A program made the position numbers and the translations under genes. Source: an uncultured Pelagibacteraceae bacterium (lineage in GTDB: Bacteria > Pseudomonadota > Alphaproteobacteria > Pelagibacterales > Pelagibacteraceae). Taken from it: 64,000 nucleotides of DNA. Positions 49,042 through 58,128 of the stretch are shown piece after piece (the stretch's first letter is position 1; the number at the start of each line of letters is the position of its first letter). The notes beneath the pieces are model-generated. The model made no database searches. It was given only the letters and a program-made list of their open reading frames with translations, and had not been told where the DNA came from. The stretch spans positions 18,143 through 82,142 of the forward strand of contig CACPEZ010000004.1 of NCBI GenBank assembly GCA_902633125.1, read 5' to 3'.

Positions 49042-50010
49042 ATGAATTATCGAATTGATAATCTTCAGTATTGTAATTGGTCTAGAGAAATCTTTGAAAT
49101 AAATAATAAAGCTGGATTAAATGCTGTTCACGTAACGTTAGTTTATCATGAAGACTACGATGAATTACAACAAAGAATACATGAGTGGAATAAACATTTT
49201 GAAGAAAATAAAGATCTTATATTTCTAGGCAATAACTACAATGATATTACAAAAGCAAAAGAAGAAAACAAAACTGCAATTTTTTTTGGATTTCAAAATT
49301 GTTCTCCAATTGAAGATGACATAGGTCTTATAGAAAAAGTACATTCACAAGGTTGTCGATTTATGCAATTAACTTATAACAACCAATCATTATTAGCCAC
49401 TGGATGTTATGAAAAAAATGATAGCGGAGTTACTAATTTTGGAAAAGAGGCTATTAAAGAAATGAATAGAGTAGGTATCGTTGTTGACATGTCTCATTCA
49501 GCAGAGAAAAGTACACTTGATGCAATTGAAATTAGCAAAAAACCAATTGCAATCACTCATGCAAATCCTACTTTTTGGTTTGAAGCTAAAAGAAATAAAT
49601 CTACAGAATTATTAAAAGTTTTATCTGATAGTGGAGGAATGTTAGGTTTATCATTGTATGCTCACCATTTAAAAGATGGAACAAATTGTAAAATAGAAAG
49701 TTTTTGTGAAATGGTTGCAAGAACAGTTGAAATTATGGGTATTGATAATGTTGGAATAGGATCAGACTTATGTTTGAACCAACCAGACAGTGTAGTTGAG
49801 TGGATGAGAAATGGAACTTGGTCAAAATCAAAAAATTTTGGTGAAGGCAGTAAAGATAAACCTGGTTTTCCAAAACAACCAGATTGGTTTTTGGATGCAA
49901 GAGGATTTAATAATATAAACACAGAACTAAAAAATAAAGGTTTTCACGAAGAAGAGATAAATAAGATACTTGGCAATAACTGGTTTAATTTTTATAAAGG
50001 AATTAATTAA
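49042..50010 (+). CDS. Membrane dipeptidase (M19)-family amidohydrolase, cytoplasmic
   Basis: QLTYN, EMNRVGIVVDMSH, ITHANP, RN, GIGSD, ILGNNW. No signal peptide. Confidence 0.85.
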   Translation: MNYRIDNLQYCNWSREIFEINNKAGLNAVHVTLVYHEDYDELQQRIHEWNKHFEENKDLIFLGNNYNDITKAKEENKTAIFFGFQNCSPIEDDIGLIEKVHSQGCRFMQLTYNNQSLLATGCYEKNDSGVTNFGKEAIKEMNRVGIVVDMSHSAEKSTLDAIEISKKPIAITHANPTFWFEAKRNKSTELLKVLSDSGGMLGLSLYAHHLKDGTNCKIESFCEMVARTVEIMGIDNVGIGSDLCLNQPDSVVEWMRNGTWSKSKNFGEGSKDKPGFPKQPDWFLDARGFNNINTELKNKGFHEEEINKILGNNWFNFYKGIN

Positions 50011-51662
50011 TGCAAGTTCCACTAAGAGATCCTAAAATTGTAATGAAACTTTCTAGGCTTGGATCGTTTCATCAATCTAAATTATCTTTTCTAAGATCAT
50101 TTTTAAATGAGTTCAAAGATTGGAAATATAACAGAGATTTGTTTGACTTGAATGATAGGGGATATGGAGTAGCTATTTATTCATTTTCAAAAGATAAAAA
50201 AACATATTCTTTAGTTTGTTTTGCTAATGAGCTTAAAGATGAGGAAAGATCTGATAGAGTAATAGCAACTAAATGGGATGCTGCATTTGCTTTGTATGAT
50301 GGCATTCCTTCAAAAATTGATATTGATAGACTTTCACAAAATGTCCCTAAACAAGAAGTAGGTAGACTTTCTTATAAAGAACTAACTCTCTCAAGAGCAA
50401 ATAGATCAGTTAGAGCATTTAATTATGTGGTTGAGTGTTTATCAAAAGGTATCCAGCCAAATACTAATGAGCTTTCAAAAGTTGGATATTTGTACAGAAC
50501 AACTGCAGTATATGGCTCAGGAAAATTTGGATTAGCAGACAGGTTTAGAATTAAAAATAGAGATGAAATAAATGGTCCTTTTAGATTGGAAATGATGTTG
50601 GTTTATCTTGTAAGACAATTCACTTTCGATCAAGTAAATCATATAGCAAAACATAAAAATCCTAAAGATGCTGTAGAACTGAACTTGGATATTTGCAGAA
50701 ATTTAGGAATTGGTAATTCAACTGGATTGGGAATGGCACCATTTATTGTAAACCACCCTTCATTGTTAAATAATTGGATTCTAGCTAAAGAAACAGCTTT
50801 AAAAAAAATAAGAGAAATAGAAAAAGTATCAGAAGAAGAGTTTAAAATTTTTTACAACTGTTTAACAAAATCTTTAAAAAATGTAACTTCATGGAATACT
50901 GATAGTGAATATCAAAAGAAGAAAATTGAGAATTTAATTAATGATTTACAAAATTTAATCAATTATTTGAAAGACAATATTCATAAATCAAATTTTTATA
51001 TATTCGACAAATTATACAATTGGGCGGAGGAAAATTTATCCGAAGAAGGAGTTGAGTATTTGGTTTCTATAATGATGGAACCATATAATAAAATAACTGA
51101 TCCTTTGATTTCTCAAATGAGTTCAGACGAGGATAGTAGTTTTAATATACCTGTAGACAGAACTATAAATGACCTAAGAGAAATAATTGAAAAAAATTAT
51201 TCAGATATTTTAAAAATTGATTTTTCAAAAAATGAAAACAATAAAAAATTTTGGTTCATTTCAAAAAATAAAGAAGAACCTAGGATTGGAGATCGGTTTG
51301 AAGATAATGGCTCAGAACTTGAGCAGCCTACAGCTATTGCTAGAGATATTAAAAAACTTTATGAAACTATTTTTACATTAAAAAACAGCTTAAAGATTGG
51401 CAATTTTCTAGTACAGAACAATGATTTAAGACATATTGTAAGAAGAGTGTTTATAACAGAGAAATATCCATATTCTGAAATTCAAGATAACACCATTGGC
51501 TCAAAATTAGTTCCTATTGATATGTTAAGACTTAAACTATCTTTTTTTGGGGCGGTAAAGTTTGATCCAAGATCTGACAAATGGTTAAGGATTTGTATGT
51601 TTCAAGGAGCTCCATTACCAAATGAACTGAATTCATTTAATCAATATTGGATATATAACTAA
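50010..51662 (+). CDS. Hypothetical protein (550 aa), enzyme-like
   Basis: TAATG-coupled to the dipeptidase. Gly-rich motif-like blocks GYLYRTTAVYGSGKFG, GIGNSTGLGMAPF, KFDPRSDKW. Confidence 0.85.
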   Translation: MQVPLRDPKIVMKLSRLGSFHQSKLSFLRSFLNEFKDWKYNRDLFDLNDRGYGVAIYSFSKDKKTYSLVCFANELKDEERSDRVIATKWDAAFALYDGIPSKIDIDRLSQNVPKQEVGRLSYKELTLSRANRSVRAFNYVVECLSKGIQPNTNELSKVGYLYRTTAVYGSGKFGLADRFRIKNRDEINGPFRLEMMLVYLVRQFTFDQVNHIAKHKNPKDAVELNLDICRNLGIGNSTGLGMAPFIVNHPSLLNNWILAKETALKKIREIEKVSEEEFKIFYNCLTKSLKNVTSWNTDSEYQKKKIENLINDLQNLINYLKDNIHKSNFYIFDKLYNWAEENLSEEGVEYLVSIMMEPYNKITDPLISQMSSDEDSSFNIPVDRTINDLREIIEKNYSDILKIDFSKNENNKKFWFISKNKEEPRIGDRFEDNGSELEQPTAIARDIKKLYETIFTLKNSLKIGNFLVQNNDLRHIVRRVFITEKYPYSEIQDNTIGSKLVPIDMLRLKLSFFGAVKFDPRSDKWLRICMFQGAPLPNELNSFNQYWIYN

Positions 51663-51670
51663 AGTAATTA

Positions 51671-52279
51671 ATGAGAAGTTATAGTGAAATTGACACGATT
51701 GTTAAACGTTCAACAAAAGCGAAAGGTTTCTCCTGGGGAGTTGCAGAAGAAATAGGAAAGAACATCAAGCAACTCGAGTTATTTGGTTTACCAGGAATAA
51801 AACATATAAACCAATATTTTAAGATTTTTAATAATGAGAAGTTTGAAAATTGCCAATCTTTTAACAAAAGCAACAGACCTCAAAACTTTTACTGTCCAAT
51901 TAAACTTGGATTAAGTTTTTTTGATCAATCTATCTCTATCCAAGAACTAAATGATATAGAAATTGAAAAAATGGCTTACCCATTGATATTTTTGCCGTTT
52001 GTCAGCAGATCTTCGGAAATAACAGGAAAGAGAATTTTTTTAAAGATAGATCAAAAAGAATTTTTATTAAATTTCAATCAATCAATTTATTCAAATTATT
52101 TAAGTAGTGAGGTTGTAGAAAAAGCCGATGTAATTAAAATCCAATTCTTAGAAAACAAGAATAATTTTTCCGAAGAAGATTGGAAAGAATTAACAAAATT
52201 ATCTGAAAACACATTTGTTGAAGAAACAGATGAATTAAAACAAAAAACTGCAGGAGCAGGATTAACAGATAATGACTGA
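51671..52279 (+). CDS. DUF3726-like protein
   Basis: N-terminal SYSEI..KRSTKAKGFSWGVAEE, CPI-LG, C-terminal TFVEET..AGAGLTDND, matching DUF3726 as I recall it. Confidence 0.75.
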   Translation: MRSYSEIDTIVKRSTKAKGFSWGVAEEIGKNIKQLELFGLPGIKHINQYFKIFNNEKFENCQSFNKSNRPQNFYCPIKLGLSFFDQSISIQELNDIEIEKMAYPLIFLPFVSRSSEITGKRIFLKIDQKEFLLNFNQSIYSNYLSSEVVEKADVIKIQFLENKNNFSEEDWKELTKLSENTFVEETDELKQKTAGAGLTDND

Positions 52280-52439
52280 TAACTTTGAATATAAATCGGA
52301 CAAATCAGATAAAAATGAATTAAATGATATTTGTGATGAATGTAAAAAAGAAGATGAGACAGTAACGCAAAATTTAATACTCACAGGATATAAACTTTGT
52401 AACTCCTGCAGAACATCAAAAACTTTATTTCCACTTTAA
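52272..52439 (+). CDS. Small CxxC-x18-CxxC zinc-finger protein (55 aa), not in ORF track
   Basis: MTDNFEYKSDKSDKNELNDICDECKKEDETVTQNLILTGYKLCNSCRTSKTLFPL*. ATGACTGA overlap with the DUF3726-like stop. Confidence 0.7.
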   Translation: MTDNFEYKSDKSDKNELNDICDECKKEDETVTQNLILTGYKLCNSCRTSKTLFPL

Positions 52440-52981
52440 ATATTGGTACTAATAGGTAACGAATTAATTTTTGTCATTACGAAAGAAATTGTCAAAAAAG
52501 AAATAATTAAAAAAGACAAAAATACAATTCCAAATGCTTTTAAATTTGATTTTAAATTTAAAATATGTCTTGTGGCTATAATTAATGAAGCAAAAATCCA
52601 AAATTGGGTAAGAAAAATAATTAAAAGCACTAATTCTGGCGTGACAGCAAAAAATCTTATTAGTCCTGGAGCATGTGCGTACCCAACGGCTATAAGGACT
52701 CTTTTAAATGGAATTTTTCTATCTTTATCAGGAAAAATTTTAACTCCAATTACAAATATAAAAATTGCCCATACCAGCCAAGTTAATAATGCTGTTAAAC
52801 CAGATATACCAACAGACGTTTTAACAATTGTGTTCGCTGCAATAGCACCAGCAACCCCATCTAAAATCATGATAAGAATTGCAAAATAAATTCCAGCTTC
52901 TCCGTAATATCTTGGAGTTCTATAAAGAGTTTTATCAAGCTTTAACGATTTAAAAACAATATCTAAAAACTGAGCAAACAT
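52436..52981 (-). CDS. YIP1-like integral membrane protein
   Basis: Five hydrophobic segments, LIAVGYAHAPG motif typical of bacterial Yip1. Confidence 0.7.
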   Translation of the reverse strand: MFAQFLDIVFKSLKLDKTLYRTPRYYGEAGIYFAILIMILDGVAGAIAANTIVKTSVGISGLTALLTWLVWAIFIFVIGVKIFPDKDRKIPFKRVLIAVGYAHAPGLIRFFAVTPELVLLIIFLTQFWIFASLIIATRHILNLKSNLKAFGIVFLSFLIISFLTISFVMTKINSLPISTNI

Positions 52982-53088
52982 TAATTATCTTTATTTTTTT
53001 TTTGCGCCTTATATGAAACAATTAATGGGAATATTATTAGAGCAATAGCGATTATAATGCAAACAACTATGAAAAAGGTTTTCGTCAT
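52981..53088 (-). CDS. Small single-TM peptide (35 aa), not in ORF track
   Basis: MTKTFFIVVCIIIAIALIIFPLIVSYKAQKKNKDN*. Its TAA overlaps the YIP1 ATG (TAATG). Confidence 0.5.
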   Translation of the reverse strand: MTKTFFIVVCIIIAIALIIFPLIVSYKAQKKNKDN

Positions 53089-53089
53089 A

Positions 53090-53116
53090 TTTAGGGGGAA
53101 TTAAATTCCCCCTAAA
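53090..53116. terminator. 12-bp stem-loop downstream of the gcvT-like gene
   Basis: TTTAGGGGGAAT-TAA-ATTCCCCCTAAA. No U-tract follows on the minus strand, so it may stabilise mRNA rather than terminate. Confidence 0.55.
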
Positions 53117-53126
53117 AAAATTTTTA

Positions 53127-54482
53127 TCACTTACTGACTACTTCTCTTGTATTTGCGTTGTAAGATTCTGTAAATGGAATATCAACTACAACTGCATCAA
53201 CTGGTTCCCCAGGTTTATCAGAATATTTTTCTGGTAGATGGACTTTAAATTTCGATCCAACCTTACCTCTTGGAAAACCATTTGCATTTAGCGTGCCATC
53301 AAATGGAACATATCCCATAGCAATATTTTTCCCCTTTTCTGGGTGATACCATGGAGAAGTTATAAATCCTACAGGCTCACTGCCGTTCTCTGAAATTAAC
53401 CAAAAATCTGGAGCATATTCTTCAATAGGTTTTCCTCCTAATTCAAGTCCAACTAATTGAAGTTTGTAAGGTTTATGACCTGCTTTTAAATCAGCTTTCA
53501 TTTTCTCGAGAGCTTTTTTACCAACATAATCACCTTTTTTGTTCCATTCACCTTTTCCAGATAAAGAAACTTGATATCCAAGATTACATTGAAAAGGATT
53601 ATGCTCATGATCCATATCTTGTCCCCATGAAAGAATTCCTGCCTGAATTCTTCTATGGTGTGCAGGAGCAATCACCATTAAGTTATGTTTTTTACCTGCT
53701 TCAAGAACAGCATTCCACATATCTTCGGCATATAAAGTTGCTTCTCTTAAATATATTTCAAATCCAGACTCGCCTGAAAAACCTGTTTGAGAAATAATAC
53801 AACTTCTTCCACCAACTTTTGCAGACGCCAATCCATAAAAAGGCATGTTGTCTATGTCAACTTCACTTCCACAAAGATCTTTCATTAAAGCTTTTGCTTT
53901 AGGACCTTGAATTTGCACAGGACAAGCATCTATTTCATTAATTTGAACATTAAACCTTTCATCTGCATTTACTCCTTGCAAATATAATCCAATATCACTA
54001 TCTGATAAACTAAACCAAAATTCATCTTTAGATATTCTTAAAAGAATAGGATCATTTAATACTCCTCCATATGCATTACACAAAATTACATATCTTCCTC
54101 TCATTGGAGAAATTTTTGTAGCATCTCTTGTAATTACATAATCAACAAATTTTTCTGCATCTGGTCCTTTAACTTGTATTTGTCTTTCAACTGCAACATT
54201 CCACATTGTTACATGATTTTTAATTGCTTCGTACTCAACCATCGCACCACCATCTTCAGGTTTAACATAACCTCTTGGATGATAAATTCTATTATAAACA
54301 GTTGCTCTCCAACATCCTGCCTTCATAGATAAATGCCAGTATGGAGATTTCCTTACTCTTGTTGATATTAGCATCTCAACTTTAGTAGGTCCGCTTTGTC
54401 TTAAATTATATGGTACTTTTCTATCAGACTGATCTACTGATGTTGTATGTCTTAGTTTACTATAGTCAAATTCATTAGACAT
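53127..54482 (-). CDS. GcvT/DmdA-family THF-dependent demethylase (aminomethyltransferase)
   Basis: RVRKSPY, TVYNR, WNVAVERQIQVKGPDA, NDPILLR, QTGFSGESGFEIY, RRIQAGILSWG. DmdA-like but longer (451 aa). Confidence 0.85.
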   Translation of the reverse strand: MSNEFDYSKLRHTTSVDQSDRKVPYNLRQSGPTKVEMLISTRVRKSPYWHLSMKAGCWRATVYNRIYHPRGYVKPEDGGAMVEYEAIKNHVTMWNVAVERQIQVKGPDAEKFVDYVITRDATKISPMRGRYVILCNAYGGVLNDPILLRISKDEFWFSLSDSDIGLYLQGVNADERFNVQINEIDACPVQIQGPKAKALMKDLCGSEVDIDNMPFYGLASAKVGGRSCIISQTGFSGESGFEIYLREATLYAEDMWNAVLEAGKKHNLMVIAPAHHRRIQAGILSWGQDMDHEHNPFQCNLGYQVSLSGKGEWNKKGDYVGKKALEKMKADLKAGHKPYKLQLVGLELGGKPIEEYAPDFWLISENGSEPVGFITSPWYHPEKGKNIAMGYVPFDGTLNANGFPRGKVGSKFKVHLPEKYSDKPGEPVDAVVVDIPFTESYNANTREVVSK

Positions 54483-55203
54483 AGTTATTCTCCTTCAACC
54501 ACTTGTTAGTTTCCTTCAAGCCGCCGAATGTATAAATGTGGAAATAATCAGTATGCGATTTAACTTTCCCAATTAAATCATTAGGGTCTTTAGGTTTCAA
54601 TAAATCTAACGCCTTACTAAAATTAGATTTAAGAAAGTTAATGGAATTTTTTGCCCCTACAATATTAGCAAATTTAATTAAGCTAGATATTTTCATTGGC
54701 CCAGTTATTCCAACATGAACTGGTATTGTTTGTTTTGATATAAAATCTATAATAGGCTGAGTATCCATTAGCCATTGTGTAACTATATAATCAGCATAAG
54801 GCTTTTTATCTATCATAGCTTTTTCTAAATCAGAGTCGGATATATCAGGACTCCCCTCAGGATGTCCAGCAATTCCAATCTTAATACCATCAAAAAATCC
54901 TGTCTCTAACATTTGATACGAGCTATCAAATTTTCCGATCGGGTCACGACTTCCACCTATAACCAAGACCTGCTTAACACCCAAATCTTTACATCTAGAA
55001 ACATAATCTTTTAGCTGATTTTCATCATTTATTGACCTTGCTGGGAAGTGAGGAACTGGATTAAATCCCTCTTTAACTAACTCTCCAGACTGTTGAGCGG
55101 TCTCTTTATAATCACCCCCAGGTAGCATTGTAACATAAACATCTTTTACCTTTGGCAACGTGCTTAAATCAGTTTTAGGACCTATTTCTAAAGAAAAATT
55201 CAT
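54475..55203 (-). CDS. metF: Methylenetetrahydrofolate reductase (short MetF-like)
   Basis: FSLE, PVPHFPAR, LVIGG, IAGHPEG, IVTQW, HIYTFGG. Confidence 0.8.
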   Translation of the reverse strand: MNFSLEIGPKTDLSTLPKVKDVYVTMLPGGDYKETAQQSGELVKEGFNPVPHFPARSINDENQLKDYVSRCKDLGVKQVLVIGGSRDPIGKFDSSYQMLETGFFDGIKIGIAGHPEGSPDISDSDLEKAMIDKKPYADYIVTQWLMDTQPIIDFISKQTIPVHVGITGPMKISSLIKFANIVGAKNSINFLKSNFSKALDLLKPKDPNDLIGKVKSHTDYFHIYTFGGLKETNKWLKENNYV

Positions 55204-55273
55204 AATTAAATTCTTAATTATTTTATATTCCGTGTCTATAAAAATATTAAACAGATGAACACATTGTAACCCA

Positions 55274-55302
55274 TTGTCATGATCGGAAAATTTAATTAAA
55301 TT
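55274..55302 (+). promoter_or_regulatory. Putative promoter of egtB giving a (near-)leaderless transcript
   Basis: TTGTCA-N17-TAAATT ending 5 nt before the ATG. No SD sequence. Confidence 0.4.
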
Positions 55303-55307
55303 TAGTC

Positions 55308-56525
55308 ATGGAAAATAAATTATCTCAAATTACAGAATTATTCTCCAAAACAAGACAACAAACTCTATCTCTGTGTGAGAACTTAGAGGCTGAGGATATG
55401 GTCATACAGCCCAGCAAAAATGTTAGTCCTCTTAAGTGGCATCTTGGTCACACCACATGGTTCTTCGAAAAATTCATATTGTCAGAATTGGATGAAAGTT
55501 ACAAACCATTTAACAAGGATTATAATTACATATTTAATTCTTATTACAATTCTGTAGGTGAGTACAATCCTCGAAATAAGAGAGGTTCACTAAATAGACC
55601 CATCTTAAAAGATGTTGTAAAATACAGACATTATGTAACTGAAAATATTATTGATTTTTTAAAAAGGACAAAAAATAATAGAACATCATTTTTAGTTGAA
55701 CTAGGTTCAAATCACGAACAACAGCATCAAGAATTAATGTTAATGGATATTAAAAATATTTTTTTCAACAATCCATTGATGCCGACTTATAATTCTAACA
55801 ATGATAAACCAACTGCTAAAGAAGAAAATGAATTGAAATTAGAAACTAGTAAAAAATTTAAATATGGAAATAATGAGGATATTTTTTGTTACGATAACGA
55901 ATTACCAGTATCAGAAATACAATTAGATCCTTTTAAAATATATTCATTTATTACTAATGGAGAGTGGAAAGAATTCATTAATGATGGCGGATATAAAAAC
56001 CATGAGTATTGGTTATCTGATGGATGGGACTTTATAAATAATAATAAATTAGAAAGACCAATGTATTGGATAGATAATAATAATTATTTTACATTAAATG
56101 GTGTAAAAAAAATTGATAATGAAAAACCAGTTTCTCATATAAGTTTCTATGAAGCGGATGCTTTTGCAAGATACAAAAACAAAAGATTACCAACTGAATT
56201 TGAACTAGAATATTTTTTAAAACAATCTGAGAAAAAAGGTAATTTTTTAGAAAATAAAATTTTTCATGAAGTTGAAGAAAAAGCAGACGATGTTTATGGA
56301 AATTTATGGGCATGGACAAGCAGTAATTACACGCCTTATAAAAAATATAAACCATATGAAGGAAATCTAGGAGAATATAATAATAAGTTTATGTGCAATC
56401 AGTTTGTGTTGAAGGGCGGCTCACATTCTACATCTATTAATCATATCAGAGCATCTTATAGAAATTTCTTTTACCCAAGCGATACTTGGCAGTTTTGTGG
56501 TGTCAGACTAGCTGATGACATCTAG
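55308..56525 (+). CDS. egtB: Ergothioneine biosynthesis sulfoxide synthase EgtB
   Basis: DinB domain SPLKWHLGHTTWFFE, FNSYY, HEQQHQEL iron triad; FGE-sulfatase domain HISFYEADAFA, RLPTE, GEYN-KFM, YRNFF. Confidence 0.92.
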   Translation: MENKLSQITELFSKTRQQTLSLCENLEAEDMVIQPSKNVSPLKWHLGHTTWFFEKFILSELDESYKPFNKDYNYIFNSYYNSVGEYNPRNKRGSLNRPILKDVVKYRHYVTENIIDFLKRTKNNRTSFLVELGSNHEQQHQELMLMDIKNIFFNNPLMPTYNSNNDKPTAKEENELKLETSKKFKYGNNEDIFCYDNELPVSEIQLDPFKIYSFITNGEWKEFINDGGYKNHEYWLSDGWDFINNNKLERPMYWIDNNNYFTLNGVKKIDNEKPVSHISFYEADAFARYKNKRLPTEFELEYFLKQSEKKGNFLENKIFHEVEEKADDVYGNLWAWTSSNYTPYKKYKPYEGNLGEYNNKFMCNQFVLKGGSHSTSINHIRASYRNFFYPSDTWQFCGVRLADDI

Positions 56526-57487
56526 TGACTAATTTAAAATTAATAAACATAAACAATCAAATTCAAGATGATAAAAAATTAATCTTACAAGGATTATTAA
56601 ATAAAAAACAAAAATATTTACTGCCAAAATATTTTTATGATGAAAAAGGTTCAAAGTTATTTAATAAAATTACAAACCTTAAAGAATATTACCCGACAAA
56701 TAAAGAGTTAGAAATACTTGGTAGCTTACAAAAAGAGATAAGAAAGAAATTACCAATTCATTCAACAATTGTAGAATTCGGAAGTGGCTCAAATAAAAAA
56801 ATCAATAAATTTATAAAATCATTAAGCAAACCCAAAGAATATATTCCTATAGATATTAGTAAGGAATATTTGTTTGAAAATGCATCAATAATTGCAAAAA
56901 AATTTTCAGATTTAAAAGTAACAGCAATATGTGCTGACTTTAGTCAGACCAATAGATTAAATACAATTTTAAAAAATAAAAAAAAAATAGTCAGTTTTTT
57001 TCCAGGATCTACCATAGGAAATTATTTACCTAAAAATGCAAAAAAAATATTAAAAAATTTTTCAAAAATCATAGGTAAAAATTCTTATTTAGTAATTGGG
57101 GTAGATTTAATCAAAAATAAGAAGACCCTTGAAAATGCCTATAATGATAAATTGAGAGTAACAGCTAAATTTAATAAAAATATATTAAATGTAGTAAATA
57201 AAATTTGTAATTCAAAATTTCAAACAAAAGATTTTGAACATAAAGCGTTCTACAATTTAAAAAAAAACAGAATTGAAATGCATCTTATCTCGAAAAAAAA
57301 TTTCACGTTAAAAATTAATAAAAAGAATATTAAATTTACTAAAGATGAAACAATTCATACTGAAAATTCTCATAAATATTCAAAAAATAATTTTGTTAAA
57401 TTAGTTAATAAATCTGGCTTTAAAGTCTTAAAATATTTTACTGATAAAAAAAATTATTTTGGAGTTTTTTTATTAAAAGTGAAGTAA
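56525..57487 (+). CDS. egtD: L-histidine N-alpha-trimethyltransferase EgtD
   Basis: PKYFYDEKGS-LF, EYYPT, EFGSGS, FPGSTIGN, AYND, AKFN, RIEMHL, IHTENSHKY. Confidence 0.93.
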   Translation: MTNLKLININNQIQDDKKLILQGLLNKKQKYLLPKYFYDEKGSKLFNKITNLKEYYPTNKELEILGSLQKEIRKKLPIHSTIVEFGSGSNKKINKFIKSLSKPKEYIPIDISKEYLFENASIIAKKFSDLKVTAICADFSQTNRLNTILKNKKKIVSFFPGSTIGNYLPKNAKKILKNFSKIIGKNSYLVIGVDLIKNKKTLENAYNDKLRVTAKFNKNILNVVNKICNSKFQTKDFEHKAFYNLKKNRIEMHLISKKNFTLKINKKNIKFTKDETIHTENSHKYSKNNFVKLVNKSGFKVLKYFTDKKNYFGVFLLKVK

Positions 57488-57495
57488 GTTTTATT

Positions 57496-58125
57496 ATGGC
57501 TCAAAAAGACGTAGGTAACAAAATTCCCATCTATAAGCTAAAAGAAACTGATGAAGTAATGAAATATTATGATGAGTGGGGAGATGGTAATAAATATGAT
57601 AAGGATATGGTCGATTGGAATTACACAGGACCAAAAGAAACAACAAAAGTATTTTCAGAATTCCAAAAAAACAAAGATGCAAAAATTTATGATGCTGGTT
57701 GTGGAACTGGATTGGTGGGTGTTGAATTAAAAAAATATGGTTTTAAAAATTTTCATGGGGCAGATCTGTCAAAAAAGTTATTAGAATTAGTACCGAATGA
57801 TCTTTATGAAAAGCTTGAACAAGTAGACTTGAATAAGCCCATTAATAAAAAAGATGACGAATATGACTCTGTTATGTGTGTTGGTACATTTACTTTTGGA
57901 CATGTAAAGCCACCAGCTTTGGAGGAATTTATTAGGATTACAAAGAATGATGGATTTATCTGTTTTACTATTAATGAGGGAATACATGAAGAATATGGTT
58001 TTGATAAAAAAATTGAACAACTTAAAGAGCAAAATAAATGGAAAGAATTAAAATTTTTTAAATCAGATTACATTGCGAGCAAAGACGTAAATGCTTGGTT
58101 AGGGTTATATCAAGTGATAAAATAA
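57496..58125 (+). CDS. Class I SAM-dependent methyltransferase (METTL27/WBSCR27-like)
   Basis: YYDEW...YD, DAGCGTGLVG, GADLS, CVGTFTFGHV. Confidence 0.87.
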   Translation: MAQKDVGNKIPIYKLKETDEVMKYYDEWGDGNKYDKDMVDWNYTGPKETTKVFSEFQKNKDAKIYDAGCGTGLVGVELKKYGFKNFHGADLSKKLLELVPNDLYEKLEQVDLNKPINKKDDEYDSVMCVGTFTFGHVKPPALEEFIRITKNDGFICFTINEGIHEEYGFDKKIEQLKEQNKWKELKFFKSDYIASKDVNAWLGLYQVIK

Positions 58126-58128
58126 ACC

